Positions 49,231-64,000 are shown, numbered from the stretch's first letter. The stretch: 64,000 nucleotides of DNA from Antedon mediterranea (GCF_964355755.1 NC_092676.1:23826871-23890870); one strand, 5' to 3'. Notes: generated from the sequence alone by a model not told the origin. A program made the numbers and translations.

Positions 49231-51539
49231 TATAATGTGTGAAATTACGTATCCGCCATGCAAAACGTCAGTAATATTTTGTACCTGTATTGCTTTTCAC
49301 TTCATTCAATACAAGATGTTATGCTTCACTCATTCTATTCATTAGCGACGGATACTGCAGTCAACACACTTCTTAAATCCTATACAATTTCATAATATTA
49401 TTCCACGTTATGAAAAACGTAATAAGCATCCGTGCGTCGTCGAGATAGAATAAATTACACGTGTGATACTGCCTCGATGTATTCCAGCGACGAATTGCTT
49501 GACTGACATCTAATTGATTTTCAAAGTTATAAATGCAATATACAGAATATTCAATATATAAATGTGTCATGTATAAGATGTTAACGTCTTTATGTAATAT
49601 GAAATTAAGTACGCTGTGACAATTGACAATTAAAATATCAAATTTATTTCTATACAGAAAAAATGGAAATATATATAAAGTGCTGACTTTTATACATTCA
49701 ATTCCAAATTATTATTCTTGAAATAACCGACGACGTACATATTTTATGCCGTTCAGATTACAGTGAGCTGGCATTGCCAAGATATGAACTCGTAACAACC
49801 CTTTGATATTATGTCTGGCTGCGAAAAAATCTTACAGTAGCCTACTGTACTCTATGTACATATTCTCCGCGCGGGGCGTACTGATCGTGTCGCAGACACA
49901 GATACACCCTTTGATCTCTGGAGCACAGAATTATGTTATTAGATTGCCTTGGTATAATGACAACAAGTTTAATTCATTCGTATACGATATTATTACAATG
50001 GAATTACGAAATGACAATGTAATTACGTAATCAAATTATTATTCATAATTCATTATAAACGAAGAGTAAGCGCCATCATCACAAGAAGTAACACTGTTGG
50101 GAATGTGTTTTATTTTCTATCCTTAGTTAATCTTAGTTTAATTAGAAAACTTTCCAATTCTTTTTTTAAAGTTGATTAATGTTGGTTGTAATAGGATGTC
50201 CTCTACATTAATTACTTCTTTATTTATATACGACAAGTCCTCACAACGGTCGTAAAATGGGAAAGGATACGCCGCGCCTGTCAACGTAGTAATTGATAAA
50301 AATAATAACAAACTCTTACTTATCGTTAATTTTACAGGTAATTAACTTACGCACTCATCGCCTTGCTCGAGTACCATACAATTAGCACGAGTGTGAGATA
50401 ATAATGTTTCTATAGTCGAGTATGTATATCGGTAGAATACCGTACATAATAAATTATTATAAAATGTTCGTATCACCTAACTCATCGTGGTGACGATTTC
50501 ATATCTGTTCTTATTTTTTTATATTATATTTTAGATGCTGTTGGATTTATAAACCCAGTTTCTTACTATTTAATTATCTGTTATACTTATGTTCCAAATT
50601 GTTTGTATTGTATGCAGCGAATGTTATTCCTGTGAACATCGATAAACTATTTTACTAGACGTCAAATTTTACCACGTTTCTATTAATTTGACAAGATTGT
50701 TCAGGTATGAATGATGATCAAAGTTTCAGTTATTTTCGACATTCTTCAAAAATATGTATTGCCGAATTTCAGTTTTACATTAATAAAGCAAGATTTTTGC
50801 TAATTTGTGAATTTCAACTGATCTTAAGATATTATAGGCCTAACACATCTGATTAGAATCTAGTCATTTGATTGGATGATTGTGGGTCACATGATATTCT
50901 ATAAATACGCTATTGAACCCATACGTCATCAATCGTGCGATCAATTTTTGTGACCGGTATTTGAATTTATAATATGCGCGCGCGCGTTACATCTTTGTAA
51001 TACATACTTCCTAATGTTGAAAGACGTTCGTAAGCATAGTGTATTTCAACAGATCGTGTCATAATTAGAGATCGTCGATTTATATAATCTCCTTATCAAA
51101 TCAATAAGAATCACAAATTACTGTATGAAGCACATCAATAGAGATGCTTCCGACCCTGAACCGCCGACACAAACTGGCTAATTCCACATTTTGTCAAGAT
51201 CTCAAAATTATGAAAGCAAATCGCATGTAGAGAATAACACTTCGGTATAATAATTTCCCAGCGAGGCTTCTCTCACTGCGCAGGCGCATTATCGGAAATT
51301 GTTGCGAAAATTGCGCCAAGATTTGTTGTCTGATTAAATGCAGATTGTTAAGTATGAAATAATTTGACATTTATATATAATTAACTATGCTTTTAAAACA
51401 ATAATGATAGGATTCAAACGGTGTCGATGCAGGTGGTCAATTTTTTAAAGAACTGGTGATTTAAAACAAGATTGTTTTTATAAATAATTAGAAACAAAAA
51501 TCAATACGCGAGAACGTCACGTATCAATTGCTCATACTA

Positions 51540-52260
51540 TGTTATTGCCAAACAAAACACATCATAACAATTAGTGGATACAAAGGAAAAACTTTAACGA
51601 TGATGCTCTAGCATCGAGTACTGACCGTGGATAGAGGACTGAATCACTGTCAAATTATCAACTCGTTTCAGTCGATTTTTTAGTCAAAAGAACATAAACA
51701 AAATAAATACATCAACATACTTAGGAATAGTGTTTATAGGAATAACGTATATAGGCCTATAACGTGAACATCCATTGTGTTCCAAATATGGGTATTGCCA
51801 AGCAAAGCGCATCATAACAATTAGCGGATACAAAGGGAATAACGATGATGCTCTTGCATCGAGTACCGTGGCTAGAGAACAGAATTACTGTCAAATTACT
51901 CGCTTCGGTCGATACATAAATGTAACTACATCAAGTTAGTGTTAGTTTTTTAGGAATAACGTATAATATGAACATTCATTGTGTTCCAAATAATATGTTC
52001 TAGCATCGACTATCGTGGATAGAGAACAGAATCATTGTCAAATATTACTCATTGCTCGTTTCAGTTAGCAAAAGAACAAACAATGTAGATACATTAACAT
52101 AGTTAGGTACAGTAAATAGAGAAGAATCACTGTCAAATAACTGATTATCAACTCGTTTCAGATGATGTTTTAGTAAAAAGAACATACACAATAAATACAT
52201 TAACATAGTTAGGTATAACGTATAGGCTTTTAATGTGAACATTCATTGTGAATAGTCCAA
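51540..52260. repeat. Degenerate tandem duplications (~200-250-bp units)
   Basis: Recurrent tattgccaa..catcataacaattag, gcatcgagtac..cgtggatagaga..gaatcactgtcaaat and gtgaacattcattgtg blocks. Confidence 0.7.
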
Positions 52261-55214
52261 ATATGTAGAAATATTTTAAAGCAAAAGAGTTCAGAAGAAA
52301 TAAGTTGATGTGAAAACAATGAGCTTGAAGAGAAAATCAATCTTACCTCAGTTCAGAAAAAAAGAGAATGACTGAAGAATTAGTAAAGCAAGATGACAAC
52401 AACAAATGAGGTTATAAAAAAAGAGCTATCTGTATTAATCAACGATAGAGATAGAGGTTAGCTACATGACGCGGGCCTACTTCTTACGCTCTGTCCCCAC
52501 TATCAAATTGTATGTGATGTGTCCATATGGACATGGTGATGTCATATCACTACCATATTTGGGAATATCACTCCAATATTTGGGCAAATCACATTTTTGT
52601 TAAACTAGTTTGATAGTGTAGACAAAGCTTTCCACACATATTCGGTCCACAAGGAGAGACTAGTACGTATGTATGTCCTCAACAAATAACATTACAAATA
52701 ATAGTATTTAAATCCTATTTCAAAACAAATATTCGGTACACATTACTATTCATGTAACTGTACAACAATGGCATAGCATTAAACGGATTGCTATAAGCAG
52801 AAGTACAGCAATAAAAGAATTAAGCATTTAATTATTATAATTATAAGCACTCACATTTTAGATCGTCCATAAAAAATTCAGGGAAGAAGAATGAAATTTC
52901 CTGATACAAATCTTAAGTAATAAAACAGCTAATTTAAGGGATTGAAATGACCACACATGAGCCGAGAGGAAAATAATAAGAAAACAATTTTTAAACATCT
53001 GAAACAAGAATTATTATACATTTTTTAAATAAAATTATTTAATTTATACTTATTTATTTCTATAGTATAGGCTAATGCTGGTTTTAAAACAGTCCAATCT
53101 CAGAGTTGAGTAATAATAAGACTTGAATTTAGATTGGATTCATTCAATGTAATCTTATGACATGGGAAAGATAATAATAAACATGAATTACTTATTTTCT
53201 CTATGCAACAAAAGTATAATGCATTCCGGCATCCTAAATCTATTTTTAATATAAATATAATTAGTAAATCCAATACAGTAATAACTATTATCGCCACGCA
53301 GAAAATGTACCACAATACGTATTATGGTAGTGTTGAATTTGTATAGGCTTCCTACCAAAATATCATTTCCAAAACAACTCAACAAATTATCTCGGTCTAA
53401 ATTTCACAATTTTTATAACAAAAACCACTTACCATCGTAAAAACCGTTATAGAAAAATATTGACGAACAAGGCACCTTCACACATTAAAATACAATTATA
53501 TCCTGTATATTGGAATAATGTCACTATATACTCAGTTGATTTCCTTCTCTCTAGCGTTGATTTCCCGAGTATAGTCACCGTTATACTAAATTAGATGGAG
53601 TGAGAGAGAAACGCATCGTCGTCTACAATGCATCTCTCGATTCTAATTTACCTTTTCTAACAGACGCTGACAGATCTTGCAGGTTTCCGCTTAGGTCATC
53701 ATCAGCATAATATCAACCTTGCTTAAGCAGGTGGATTTACGCGTTTTGTGTGTTTCCAGAAACGCGTCATGGTTCGTATATAACGCATTATGTGAAATGT
53801 TCAGGAAAGGTCGGTGTAACGCGTTTTAATCCTTATGTGATTCTCACTATAGGAAAATCGTCTATTGTTTTTTTTTCTTTTTTTTAATAGGCAAACTATC
53901 ATTTAAATTACAACAATAGCTTTTTTTTCTTCGATAATTAAATTTAAACAAAAAATAGACATAACAGGAGCAACCCTGTTATTATCGGTAAAAATGTAGG
54001 TGATGATTTTGGACCACCCTTTTAAAATATTGTGGAGGAAAATAACAATAAATGTCAGATCGCCAGTGGTATTTATAACCCTCAATATCCATATGAAAAA
54101 AATGTTATGTTAAGAAGACAAATATTGAAATAATCATCAATATTTATTTGGTGAACCAGACGACTGCAGTTTGACGTGGTCAAGTTGATGTTATTAGATT
54201 TGTTTTTTTCGGTATTTATTCCAACATTTGTATTATCTGCCAGTAATAAAAATAATAATAATAATAATAATTTATTGGAAACAGTGTCACACTTGGATGA
54301 TATATATATATAATAGGTGTTTATTCATAAAAAAAAACACATAAATAGTACAAACAGAAGGCAGCCAACGGCTGAAAAAATCTGCAAACAACGTACAAAG
54401 TAAAAATTTAAAAGACTCTACAACAATATAATATATACAAGTACACAGTAAATCAGATCAAATTAAATGAAACAAAATAAATGCACATGTTGTGTGAAAT
54501 ACACAACATAAAAGGCATACAAAAATAAATAAAATTATTAACTTAAAAGAATAAACTTCCTACGTAAAACATCGTTAAATTCCAAAATCAGTGATAAAAG
54601 CCATGCCAATAATGAATTGAAATTAGAGATTTGTGAATTTGCCATTTTAAAGATTACCGCTAATCCTTAGATACAACTAATTATTTTACGCCGGTGAATA
54701 TGAGGCCATTGTCACTTAGCTGTATTATGAGGTCATTCAAACTACCATGTATTAACCTTCCTTGTGTGTGTGCAATAAATAGTGCTGTTGGAGGGTTATA
54801 ATTGCTATAGGCCTACATAAGGCGATGGTATAATATCAAATGTACATGCTCATCACAAGGCCCTCGGGGGACATAATTGAATAAATTTTATGAATTATAC
54901 AATGAAACTCCTTGTTTTTTTCGTGAATTGGGCCTAAATGTTCTTGAAAACTATAGGCTACAGTGAATAGATCATATTCAGTAGACCTACGGATCATAAT
55001 TATATGGGTAGAGTCCTGCTATTGAATTTTCCCTGTTAATAACACGCCAGAGCATGCTTTTTAAAATTAATAAACATCAACAAACGATACATTTAATTAG
55101 GATAAAGGCAAAACAATTAATATTAACATTTAACATGCATCTACTACTTTGATGGTTAGTAGATTTAGTAATAGTAGGCCTAGTTTATGAACGGAACCGT
55201 ATTTTATCGTACTA

Positions 55215-55330
55215 AAGTATGACGTCAATTGTGGCTGGGTTGGGCCGTAGAGTTCCGTACTGTAGTACTCCATTGTTTCGTCGTTCCGGACCGCCGAAAA
55301 GGAAACAGTATAAGCGCGGGAAATTTGTGT
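55215..55330 (+). promoter_or_regulatory. Putative DONSON promoter with CRE (TGACGTCA 55220-55227) and E2F site (GCGCGGGAAA 55314-55323)
   Basis: Exact consensus motifs in a locally GC/CpG-richer patch, upstream of candidate 5'UTR donor sites at 55461/55481. Fits an S-phase gene. Confidence 0.6.
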
Positions 55331-56080
55331 TTACATTTTTTTGTTTTTGTGTTGTGAACGTTTCTCCTTAACCTTTGGTATTCTTAAATCATTAAATACA
55401 TATTGAAGCCTGCACAACAGCTTATTACATCTTTAAGTTATCCGTAATATATAATATACAAGGTAATCTTGCAAAAAACAGGTAGGTGGCAGCTATTTTA
55501 AGCTAGGCCCAGGCCTCTCGGGCCCTCTACTTTCTAGCTAGCTTCTAATCTTAACAACAGCGGTCTGAATTTGTGGATGGTCGGCGACTGGATTTGTCGG
55601 CACACCGTGACCTTCCGTCATCATGGGCCTAGGACTACAATTACTCCTATTTTAGGGCCTAGCTTGGTTGGTCTATGGTTTTTATTTAGTATTGATTTGC
55701 TGTATTGTCTAACCAGGTAATTAGGCCAGCCAGGGATAGGCCTACTAGTACTAGACTAGATAGGGTCTAGGCCTAGCTAGTAGAAGTCTAGGATGAGTTT
55801 ACACAATTTAAAAAATAGGTTTGCCTACCAATATTGGACCTACCTAGGGCCTAGCCTACCCCTAGAGGCTTACATGATTCCTGGCTGGGTGGGGGTTGGC
55901 CTTTACAGTATTTAGAACTAAACTACTTTACTATTTTTATACTACTGGGGCCTAAATGTAATCAGATTTCATTTTAAGAGTCTCTATATAATTTATAGAG
56001 TCAAAAGTTCAACTGATGATTGATATTTTTTATTCCACTAACTATCTGTCTACTGTATTCTATCAACTTTTCAAAAAAGA

Positions 56081-59000
56081 ATGAATGATTCTGCAAATTC
56101 CTCACCAAAATGGACCAGGCCTTCAAATACAATAAAGGTAAAAAAACGTGGACGAAGAGGCTCGTTAGCAACTGAAAACACAGCACTAAGCAGTAAGCAA
56201 AATAACCTGAATACAGGTAGGCAATCGGCAAAACGGAAAAATCCATTTAGCTGTTCGCAGAAGAACAAAAAACAAAACAATGAAAATCTATCTACAGAAG
56301 AGATACCATTTGAAAGCAGACTAAATGAGAAAAATGAACTCTTCCAAAAATTAAATAAAGCAAGTATTGAAAATGTGAGTTAAAAGCATATGGATATAAT
56401 TTATTTTATAAAGTTTAGTATTAGAAATTGAGACATACAATACGACTTGACAATACATATTCTATGCTGGAATTACCTCGAAAAGAAGCCCATGGGCTGC
56501 TTCTTCTTTTACTAATCTTGGATGGGCTTCAGCTATTTATAATGGGCAGCTTCTAGAGGAGATTTTTTTTTTCTAAATGAATGCTGTCAATTTTGTGCAT
56601 TTTTACTACGATAATATGATGAAAAATTATCTGCTAATTTTACATAATTGAGAGCATTATTTTATATTTTTATGCTTATTATTTTTATCAAATTAGAAAT
56701 TACCTGAACGAAGACAGTCGGAAAATGAGGTTACTAACAATACGATTCTCCAAGAACAAGTTACGACAAAAGAAAATTTGATAGATGAACAGGTTAAATT
56801 TCAATCGTTTACTTTTAAATAGTTTTATCAATTTTAGAACAAAACCTTCTAGTGTTTGCCTAGACCCAACACATTTAAAAAAATTGTATATTATATATAT
56901 TTATATAGTAAACCCAAAGGCAAATTACTGAAAAAAATGACAATGCTGTGGGTATGCATGGGTGGATCTCAATGGAAATACAAAATAAAATATGCGGTAA
57001 GCTAAATCAAAATGATAAAGTAAAACAGCCAGAAAAAGTAGCAAAAGCTTTCAGGCAACACTAGCCCTATATTCACTATTGGCAGTACCGTCAACTTTCT
57101 ACTTGCAATCTGCAATTATTAGGTAATAATACTAGATCTTAAGGAAATACATTAATGTGACAGACATTAAGCTATTATTGAAAGAAATAGATCTTAACTA
57201 GTGACATTAAAGGTCTGTAAGAATTTACCGATAAATCCATTTCAGTAGGAATAAAAATGTCAATTGCTCTGTGATCATGTGATACATGTTGATTGTATTT
57301 ACATAAATAAATAAATGCACTTTAATTACAAGGAAATAAATAAAGGCAGAGGGGCATTTATTTGAGAGGGGCGTTTATTTAAAGCGGGGTGTTGTTTTTT
57401 TTTTTGTTCAAATAAATACGGTACTGATATTTGTATAGCTTTTAAAACAACATTCATTTTAACAATAACTAAACAAAAAGCACAAAATAAAAACATCTTG
57501 TATAGGATACTGTTCAAGAAGGATTAGTGGCAGACCCAGGAAATGAAAGTAGTTTGATAGTGTAGCCAGGGCAATACATTGGCTGACTCCTTCACCCCCA
57601 TGAGGATGGCATGGCAAATCATTTTACCAATAGACAAGCATAATACAGTACTGTATGTTGAAAACATTAACTCTCCATAATTCCTGTTGGTTATTGTAAC
57701 TCTGAACAAGAAAAAAAGTTACTTTATAGCTCATTTCACCATTCCCAGGATAGAATTGAAATACAACATTTGTTTTATATTATTTCAGAAGCCGAAATCA
57801 CAGATACGTATAGAATATGACAATTTCCCAGTCGATTGGAGTATAAAAACCAGACTGCGATTTACATCAGAGAAAAGCTATAGTTGGTGCGCTTCATTGA
57901 AGAGCTGTGATGAGGCCGCTGGAATGTCGGCATTTGTCAAATGTGCACATGAATCATTAATGGTATGTACAAATAATGAATGTTGAGTTCTAATTCCCAT
58001 AAGATTTCCTAGCTGTTACGTTACTTGTTGATTTTGAATTACAAGAAACTTCAGTACTTGGGCAGATATAATGTTTGTAGATAAATATATATATATGAAA
58101 TATATATTCTGAACTTCTTTTTATTGTAGAGCTGTAGCTTGGTACTGATATTTAACATGCTTGCCTAAAGCTCTGACTGCACTATCAAACTATACGACAA
58201 AAAAATGTGATGTGCGCAAATATGGACACAATGATGTCATATCACTGCCATATTTGGGCACATCACACTTTTTCTTGGTCAAATTAGTTTGATAGTGTAG
58301 ACAGAGCTTTCAAAGTTGTAACTCATGACTAAATTCTACTACACTCCCTAAGCTTCAATAGACCTTGTTTATAAACATGATATACTGTAGGTTATCGTAC
58401 TGTAAAAAGTGGGAGCGCGTCCCACGCCCCCTCTCCCCTGATGCTACTCCTAGACCCCTCCCCGCCAACCCCTGTGTAGCTACAGTAACTAGTGTATCAT
58501 ATCATAATATAAAATCATTGATGTTATTGGATAGATAGATACTATACTATTATATATAATACTATAGAATAAACCAGTTTATTCACTACATTCAGTGACA
58601 GACTTATTTTTTTTAATGCTACATTTTTTATGTATTATTCTTTACTGATGTGCATTACAAATGCAGCTTGGCTCCTTACAAAAGATTAATGTGTTCTAGC
58701 AGATTTCTATACCTTTAATGTCGTAAAGGAAATAACGATGAAATACAAGGACTGCCTTGATAATCGTTAATATGGCACTGCAAACTGGCGGTATAGGCAT
58801 AACAACAGGCCGGGTAAAGTATATACACCACATTTTGTCATTGAAAACTACTTTTTTGTTTATAAATACATAAATATAATAATAAAAAAGTGAAAAAATA
58901 GTGAATAAATATACCATGAAAGCCTTATTGGTCTAATGGTAGAGTGCCAGCATATTAAGCAGCAGAATCTGGGTTCAATTCTTGGTGTTGGTCATTTTTT

Positions 59001-62000
59001 TCACCGAGTACTGTTTATAGTATTTTTAATACAGTAGAAATTTGAGCTAGTATTTAAAATAAAATATTTTACAGAACAGGCTACTTACAATATTATTTAC
59101 ACCGTTTTCATTTTGTTATAATTGCATTTAAATGATTTTAAAAAATAGTACAAAGATAGAATAAATTAATTTAACCAAATCCAACATGTTCATGTTATTA
59201 CTGATGTTATTAAGTGTAATTAGTTATTAATTCTAGACAGAATAATAATTTACACCTTCTAAATGTGTTTGTCCCATGAACAAGATTGCCAGCTTTAAGA
59301 AGTAATTTTACTTATGGATCATTGGCAATTTGCCTAAAAATATTTGAACAAAAAATTAGAAACATAACAAAACCCTTTACTTTATGAATGTTGGTTTGGT
59401 AAAGGTTGTATTGTTTTCTCAGCTGATAATTATCAATTCATAGATAAATTTAAAGAGATGAGTTCTAAGTAGATGTTTAAAAGCCCTAATGGTGTTGCTA
59501 TTTGATTTCAATTTATACTGTTTCAAAGGGCAACCAGTGCCTGAAGTGACTAAAATGTGAATAAATGTAGTTGTATGCTGACTGTTGTGCCTGTCCATAG
59601 TACATGTACATCAATTTAATAAATTAATAATTTAAATAAGTCTGTTATTTTAACAAAGATCACAAAATGGTGAAAATTGAAATTTCAGGCTCTGACTGAA
59701 TAATGGCTACGGCCCTGTACCTAGAATTGTAATTGTTTATGTTTACGTTACATTGGCATTTTAAGCTCAGGCATAGGTATGGCACGCCAGACGTGCCAAA
59801 ATATTGTTAACATTAAGCCATTCTTGCTCTATAATTTAGACTGCGAGACCCAGAAGATAGCAGTTGACATGTTTGAGGCGAAGCAATGTTGGTGTGTGGG
59901 TGAATTAACTACCAACAATAGATAATTTCATAAGCTTTCTTTTGTATCAGTAAACAGAGTAATTAACCTTAACTTCAAGAGTGTAATCCCATTCAATTAT
60001 ATTTACTTTACCCTAAAGCCAAAACAAAACCAGCATCAATTTATTTTCCAATTATGTTACACGACGTTTACAGTAAACCATTTAAAACTATTGATTTTGT
60101 TTTTAATGCAAGTGTACGATAAACACAAGAATTTTCACCATCTCTCTACAACTTCTAATTATTCCTATTTTATAGAGTAAATTGCCATTATTTTCTAGTT
60201 GATGAAAAACATACATAGATGTAGACTTAATTCTCTTGGCCTTTTGAAAGATAATTAACTTTAGAAAAAGTTCATGAACTCCGCAACATTGCAAAAACTG
60301 TCTATACTTTAATAATTGAGATGTAAACTTATTCTCTTCTATATAAATCACTATATTATAATCCATAAAATATGATCTAGTATGACTAAATCAACTCTGT
60401 CAAGTTCGTCACTAATAAGGCCGTATAGAAATTCCAAATGTCTTTCACATAATACCTTACCAGAGAGGCATAGAAAACACAAAAGCCTCTCGTAGTATAG
60501 CAATAAAAAAACAATACCCTTGTGTGTGATTCCGATGAAAAAACAATACCTTTGTGGAAGCGTGATTGTGATAAAAAAAATAATATTTCGTAGGTTCGCT
60601 ATAAAAAAACAATGCCCCACTGATAGGCTACGAAGGGATATACGTGGGAACAAATTAGTAATTAATAGCTGTACTCTAGGTATAAGCCTATTTTACTGTG
60701 TGATCTTACAAAATCATAAATTTTGTTACAAGCGAGCAAAAGAAGGAGGGAAGGAAAACAAAAACAAGAAACAATTTTTGTTAAGATTGAACAGAAAAAC
60801 CAAACATCATCACAACCGTTCTAGACTACTGCAATTACAACCGTAATAAGATTGCGAAAATAATTTCAAGAAATGGAAATGACAAAGGGCCAATTTAAAT
60901 TTACCTACAAAATGTATTACATGATTTTGATTTAGTAGAAATCCTCCTCAGGGGTCAATTTCCCTTGAAATAAATGAGGGGTAATATATGTTTTTTAACA
61001 ATAAAGCTAATCACTTTGTTGGTCCTGAAGGCATCCCCTTATATAGAAGTTCTACTGCATTTACTTACTGTACTTATCACATGAATTTTTAAAAATAAAG
61101 CTTTACATCCTTAATCAATTTAAATGATTATCATAAAAAAGAACAATTATTATTCAACTGTGAGCTGCTTTCTAATCTTGAACTTTTTCACAGAATATAT
61201 TTGTTAAAAATAATTTTAATTAAACTAGAGTGATAAATAATTATTTACATTTAGATTGACTTATGTGAAGTTTACGAGATGAAAACACCCACGGTTTGAT
61301 TTACAGGTTGCATGCTGTGTTTATGCAAAGAAATTAGACCTATCTCCCTATGGTTTATGCCTGATAGTAAAACAGGTTGGAACATGCATTTTTAGTCGAG
61401 ATGGGCTTCAGTTTTACTGTTTAAACCATAAACAATATGAATAAACCATGAATACGTATATTTTCGAATGTCGGGTTGTTTTTAATGTATAATAGTAATT
61501 TAACTTTAATGTTAACAATAATGTGCAGAAATGCTGTACTAAAGAGCTTTTCTATTAAGTTGTATAGCCAGTAAAACATCCTATATAATACATTCTACAT
61601 AGCAATTAATGAATTCATATGTATAAACACATTCCATATTAAGGAAACCCAATATTGATATTATACAATATTATATCATCATCATCGTTGGCTGCATCTG
61701 CCGTGCAAGCTGCGACCAAATAAGTGACCATATTTCTTATAAAATGAGGAAATATATATGGGCTAGGCAATCCAACAACAGGACACTGAGCTTACCTTGC
61801 CAAGATAGGAACTCGTAACAGTCCTTTGATCTTATGTCAGGCTGCGACAAATACCAACAGTACTGTACTACTGTATATTCTCCGTAGCGCACTGTGTATC
61901 TTCAAGGGCGTGGAACTGATCGTGTTGCAGCCACAGATAAACCCTTTGATAAACATTGTTAAATAATTGTTATTTTCAGAACCCTGAAGATCTAAGTCAA

Positions 62001-62101
62001 CTGAAATCAATGTTTCATCAGCACACTATGGTCTGGGTTCATCCGTCAGTTCCGTGGTTCAAATCATTCCCAAGGATTGTCCCTGAACCAAAAATAGCCA
62101 A
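56081..62101 (+). CDS. DONSON: Protein downstream neighbor of SON homolog (replisome/CMG assembly factor), 5' part
   Basis: Exons 56081-56374 (SPKWTRP..KRKNPF), 56697-56792, 57789-57962 (FPVDWSIKTRLRFTSEKSYSW), 61980-62101 (FHQHTMVWVHPSVPWFKSFPRI). These match recalled vertebrate DONSON motifs PVDWSIKTRLLFTS and YWLHPALSWLPLFPRI. The gene continues past the window end. Confidence 0.92.
58169..58308. mobile_element. MITE family 1 copy in a DONSON intron
   Basis: TIRs and internal atcactaccatatttgggca-type subrepeat. Confidence 0.82.
58913..59003 (+). pseudogene. Degenerate copy of the same tRNA-like repeat
   Basis: Same leader taccatgaaagcc, then tggtctaatggt..gcatattaagcag..ggttcaattcttgg and a T-run; stems decayed. 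Confidence 0.6.
60100..60790 (-). mobile_element. Possible decayed 3' end of an L1/Tx1-like LINE in a DONSON intron
   Basis: Broken minus-strand ORFs with Cys-containing and FLYG..IL..I..YIY-like segments reminiscent of L1/Tx1 C-termini; no splice-compatible host gene model. Weak. Confidence 0.35.
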
Positions 62102-64000
62102 GTAAGTTAAAGAGCTAACATCTCTTAAGCTCTGTCTACACTACCAAACTTTATGTGACAAAAAAAATGTGATATTGCCATATATTGACATGTATCACTA
62201 TCATATCACTAATATATTTGAGCACATCACACTTGTTTGATAGTATAGACAGAACTTTACATACCTCAGAACCATGTTAGGTTTACAATATGTATGATGG
62301 TATATGATATGGTATAAGAATCTAAGTACTATGGTAAGTGTTTAAAAAGTGTCGTGCATGAAGGCACCTGTAGGGGACAGGAAAGCTGTTGAATGTGACA
62401 ACTTGTAGTCCACTGCGCATTATAAAAAGGAATCTACTGTAAAGCACTTATAAAAAAACGCTTTGATAAAAACGCTATAATATAGTGAGTTTTACACTCA
62501 AATAACAAAATGTATGAACTTAATTTTTAATGATGCTGTTTTAAATGAAGTATTACACTTCTTAATGGTAACCTACGATGACATTTAAAAGACTTTGGCT
62601 AGACTGAAAATAAAACAGAAAGTAATCGACCAAATTCAATCTGGTTTTAAAATAAAAGCATTACTGTTTACTTAAATTCAAAATCTAAGTCTATAAATAG
62701 GAGAGAAAACAGTAAGTACAAGATGTTAATAAATTGTTGACAAATCTCTGAAGATCTATTTTTAAATATTAGTATTTTGTTTGCTTGACAGGCCCAAGAG
62801 AATAATAATACCATATGATTCCTAAACATAGAAACTAAAGTTGAGAATGTCAACTTTACTAGGGTATCTTCAAAATGCCAACCATTAAAGATATATTTTT
62901 CCCTTGAAAAAAATAATTTTTTTTTCATTTTTGTTGTTGAATATGCCCATTTAATATTAGTAATAACTGTAATTTAAAGCAAAAAAATAATCATATTGGC
63001 TGCCAGCCAATGGTTTGTTTTTTTTAGTCGAAACTACAAAATGACATATTCAAAGTCTGTATTAATTTTCATGTTTTTGGGAGACAATACATCTTTAAAC
63101 AACATTTTGTCATGCTCAAGGAAATAAATATAAAGAATATTTATAAGTAATATTTAAATTAATGTTAGAAATTGACTTGAAACATACCAAGTTAGTGATA
63201 CTATTTCCCATAAGATTTTCCACTAAAAAATACTCACTCAAGAGTGACCAGATTCAATCAACTTTCATTTGTTTTTTTCTTATATAATCACAGTGCATAA
63301 TACATGTAAAACAACACTGTAGTCATTTCCTCTTAGGCAAATTGTCTTATAGAGAATTAATTATAGTATATTGAATTCTAACATGTTTTAGGTGAAAAAT
63401 ATTTTTGCCTATTAACAATCTAGTAGTACAGTAGTTATCTCACATACAATGGCAGTAGAAATAATTGAAACATCGAAATGGTTATTAAATAATTTTTCCG
63501 TAAGCTCGAAATTTGTCTTCTGTATAGTAGTATAATGTAAATTTACAGATAAAACTCTATAATTTATAATTTAGCCTTCAATGGAATAGCAGATCATCCT
63601 AAAGAAAAAAAGCCGATTTAATTAAAAATGGTATAATTATAGCAAAATTAATTAACTGGTTGATGAAAAGGTACCTGTGTTAAAATGTGAATGTTGTATA
63701 TTATAAGATAAGATAAATTTTATTGTCATGACCACAACAAGGCGAACATGAAATTTGTTTTCCTTGATGCTTATACACTTACAATACAGAAAAATATAAC
63801 ACTTAACAGTAATAAATATCAATACAATTATATGAAGACTAAAATTAGAAAACGTACGCGATTACAAGAGGGATATTACTGCACAGTAGAAACCTATATT
63901 CTGGGTATACCTTCTGGACCAGACAATGTGTCCCTTAATGGCCGTCTCCTAAATAAGGGTTAGTCATGGTGTTACATGGTATATTTTCTATGTGCTTCAG

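Noticed and set aside
44500-55200. Scattered 60-76-aa ORFs as an additional protein-coding gene
   Set aside because: No recognisable motifs, low-complexity AT-rich codons, several overlap MITEs, and no phase-consistent exon chain was found.

Overview
AT-rich, intron-rich animal genomic DNA, most likely from a marine invertebrate deuterostome (inferred from Deu-domain SINEs and SRCR-receptor expansion). No prokaryotic system is present. The left 36 kb is a head-to-tail tandem array of three minus-strand adhesion GPCR genes with the architecture signal peptide - SRCR - SRCR - short GAIN/GPS (HL|T) - 7TM. Copy A (344-6258) runs off the window edge. Copies B (7781-18500) and C (22783-31802) have 17 hand-built exons each, about 725 aa, and arose from a younger 13-15 kb tandem duplication with a visible junction near 22.7 kb. 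Next is a 4-coding-exon minus-strand gene (36793-42154, 649 aa) for an acidic secreted precursor with many dibasic cleavage sites (granin/neuropeptide-precursor-like, family not recognised). The 5' part of DONSON follows on the plus strand (56081-62101+), with E2F and CRE motifs upstream. Introns and intergenic DNA carry a decayed L2-type LINE, a 5S-derived SINE, Deu-domain SINEs, a cloverleaf tRNA-like gene with the rare ATC anticodon, several MITE families and several minisatellites. Exon models were built by eye from GT-AG boundaries, phase continuity and paralog comparison, and need RNA confirmation.
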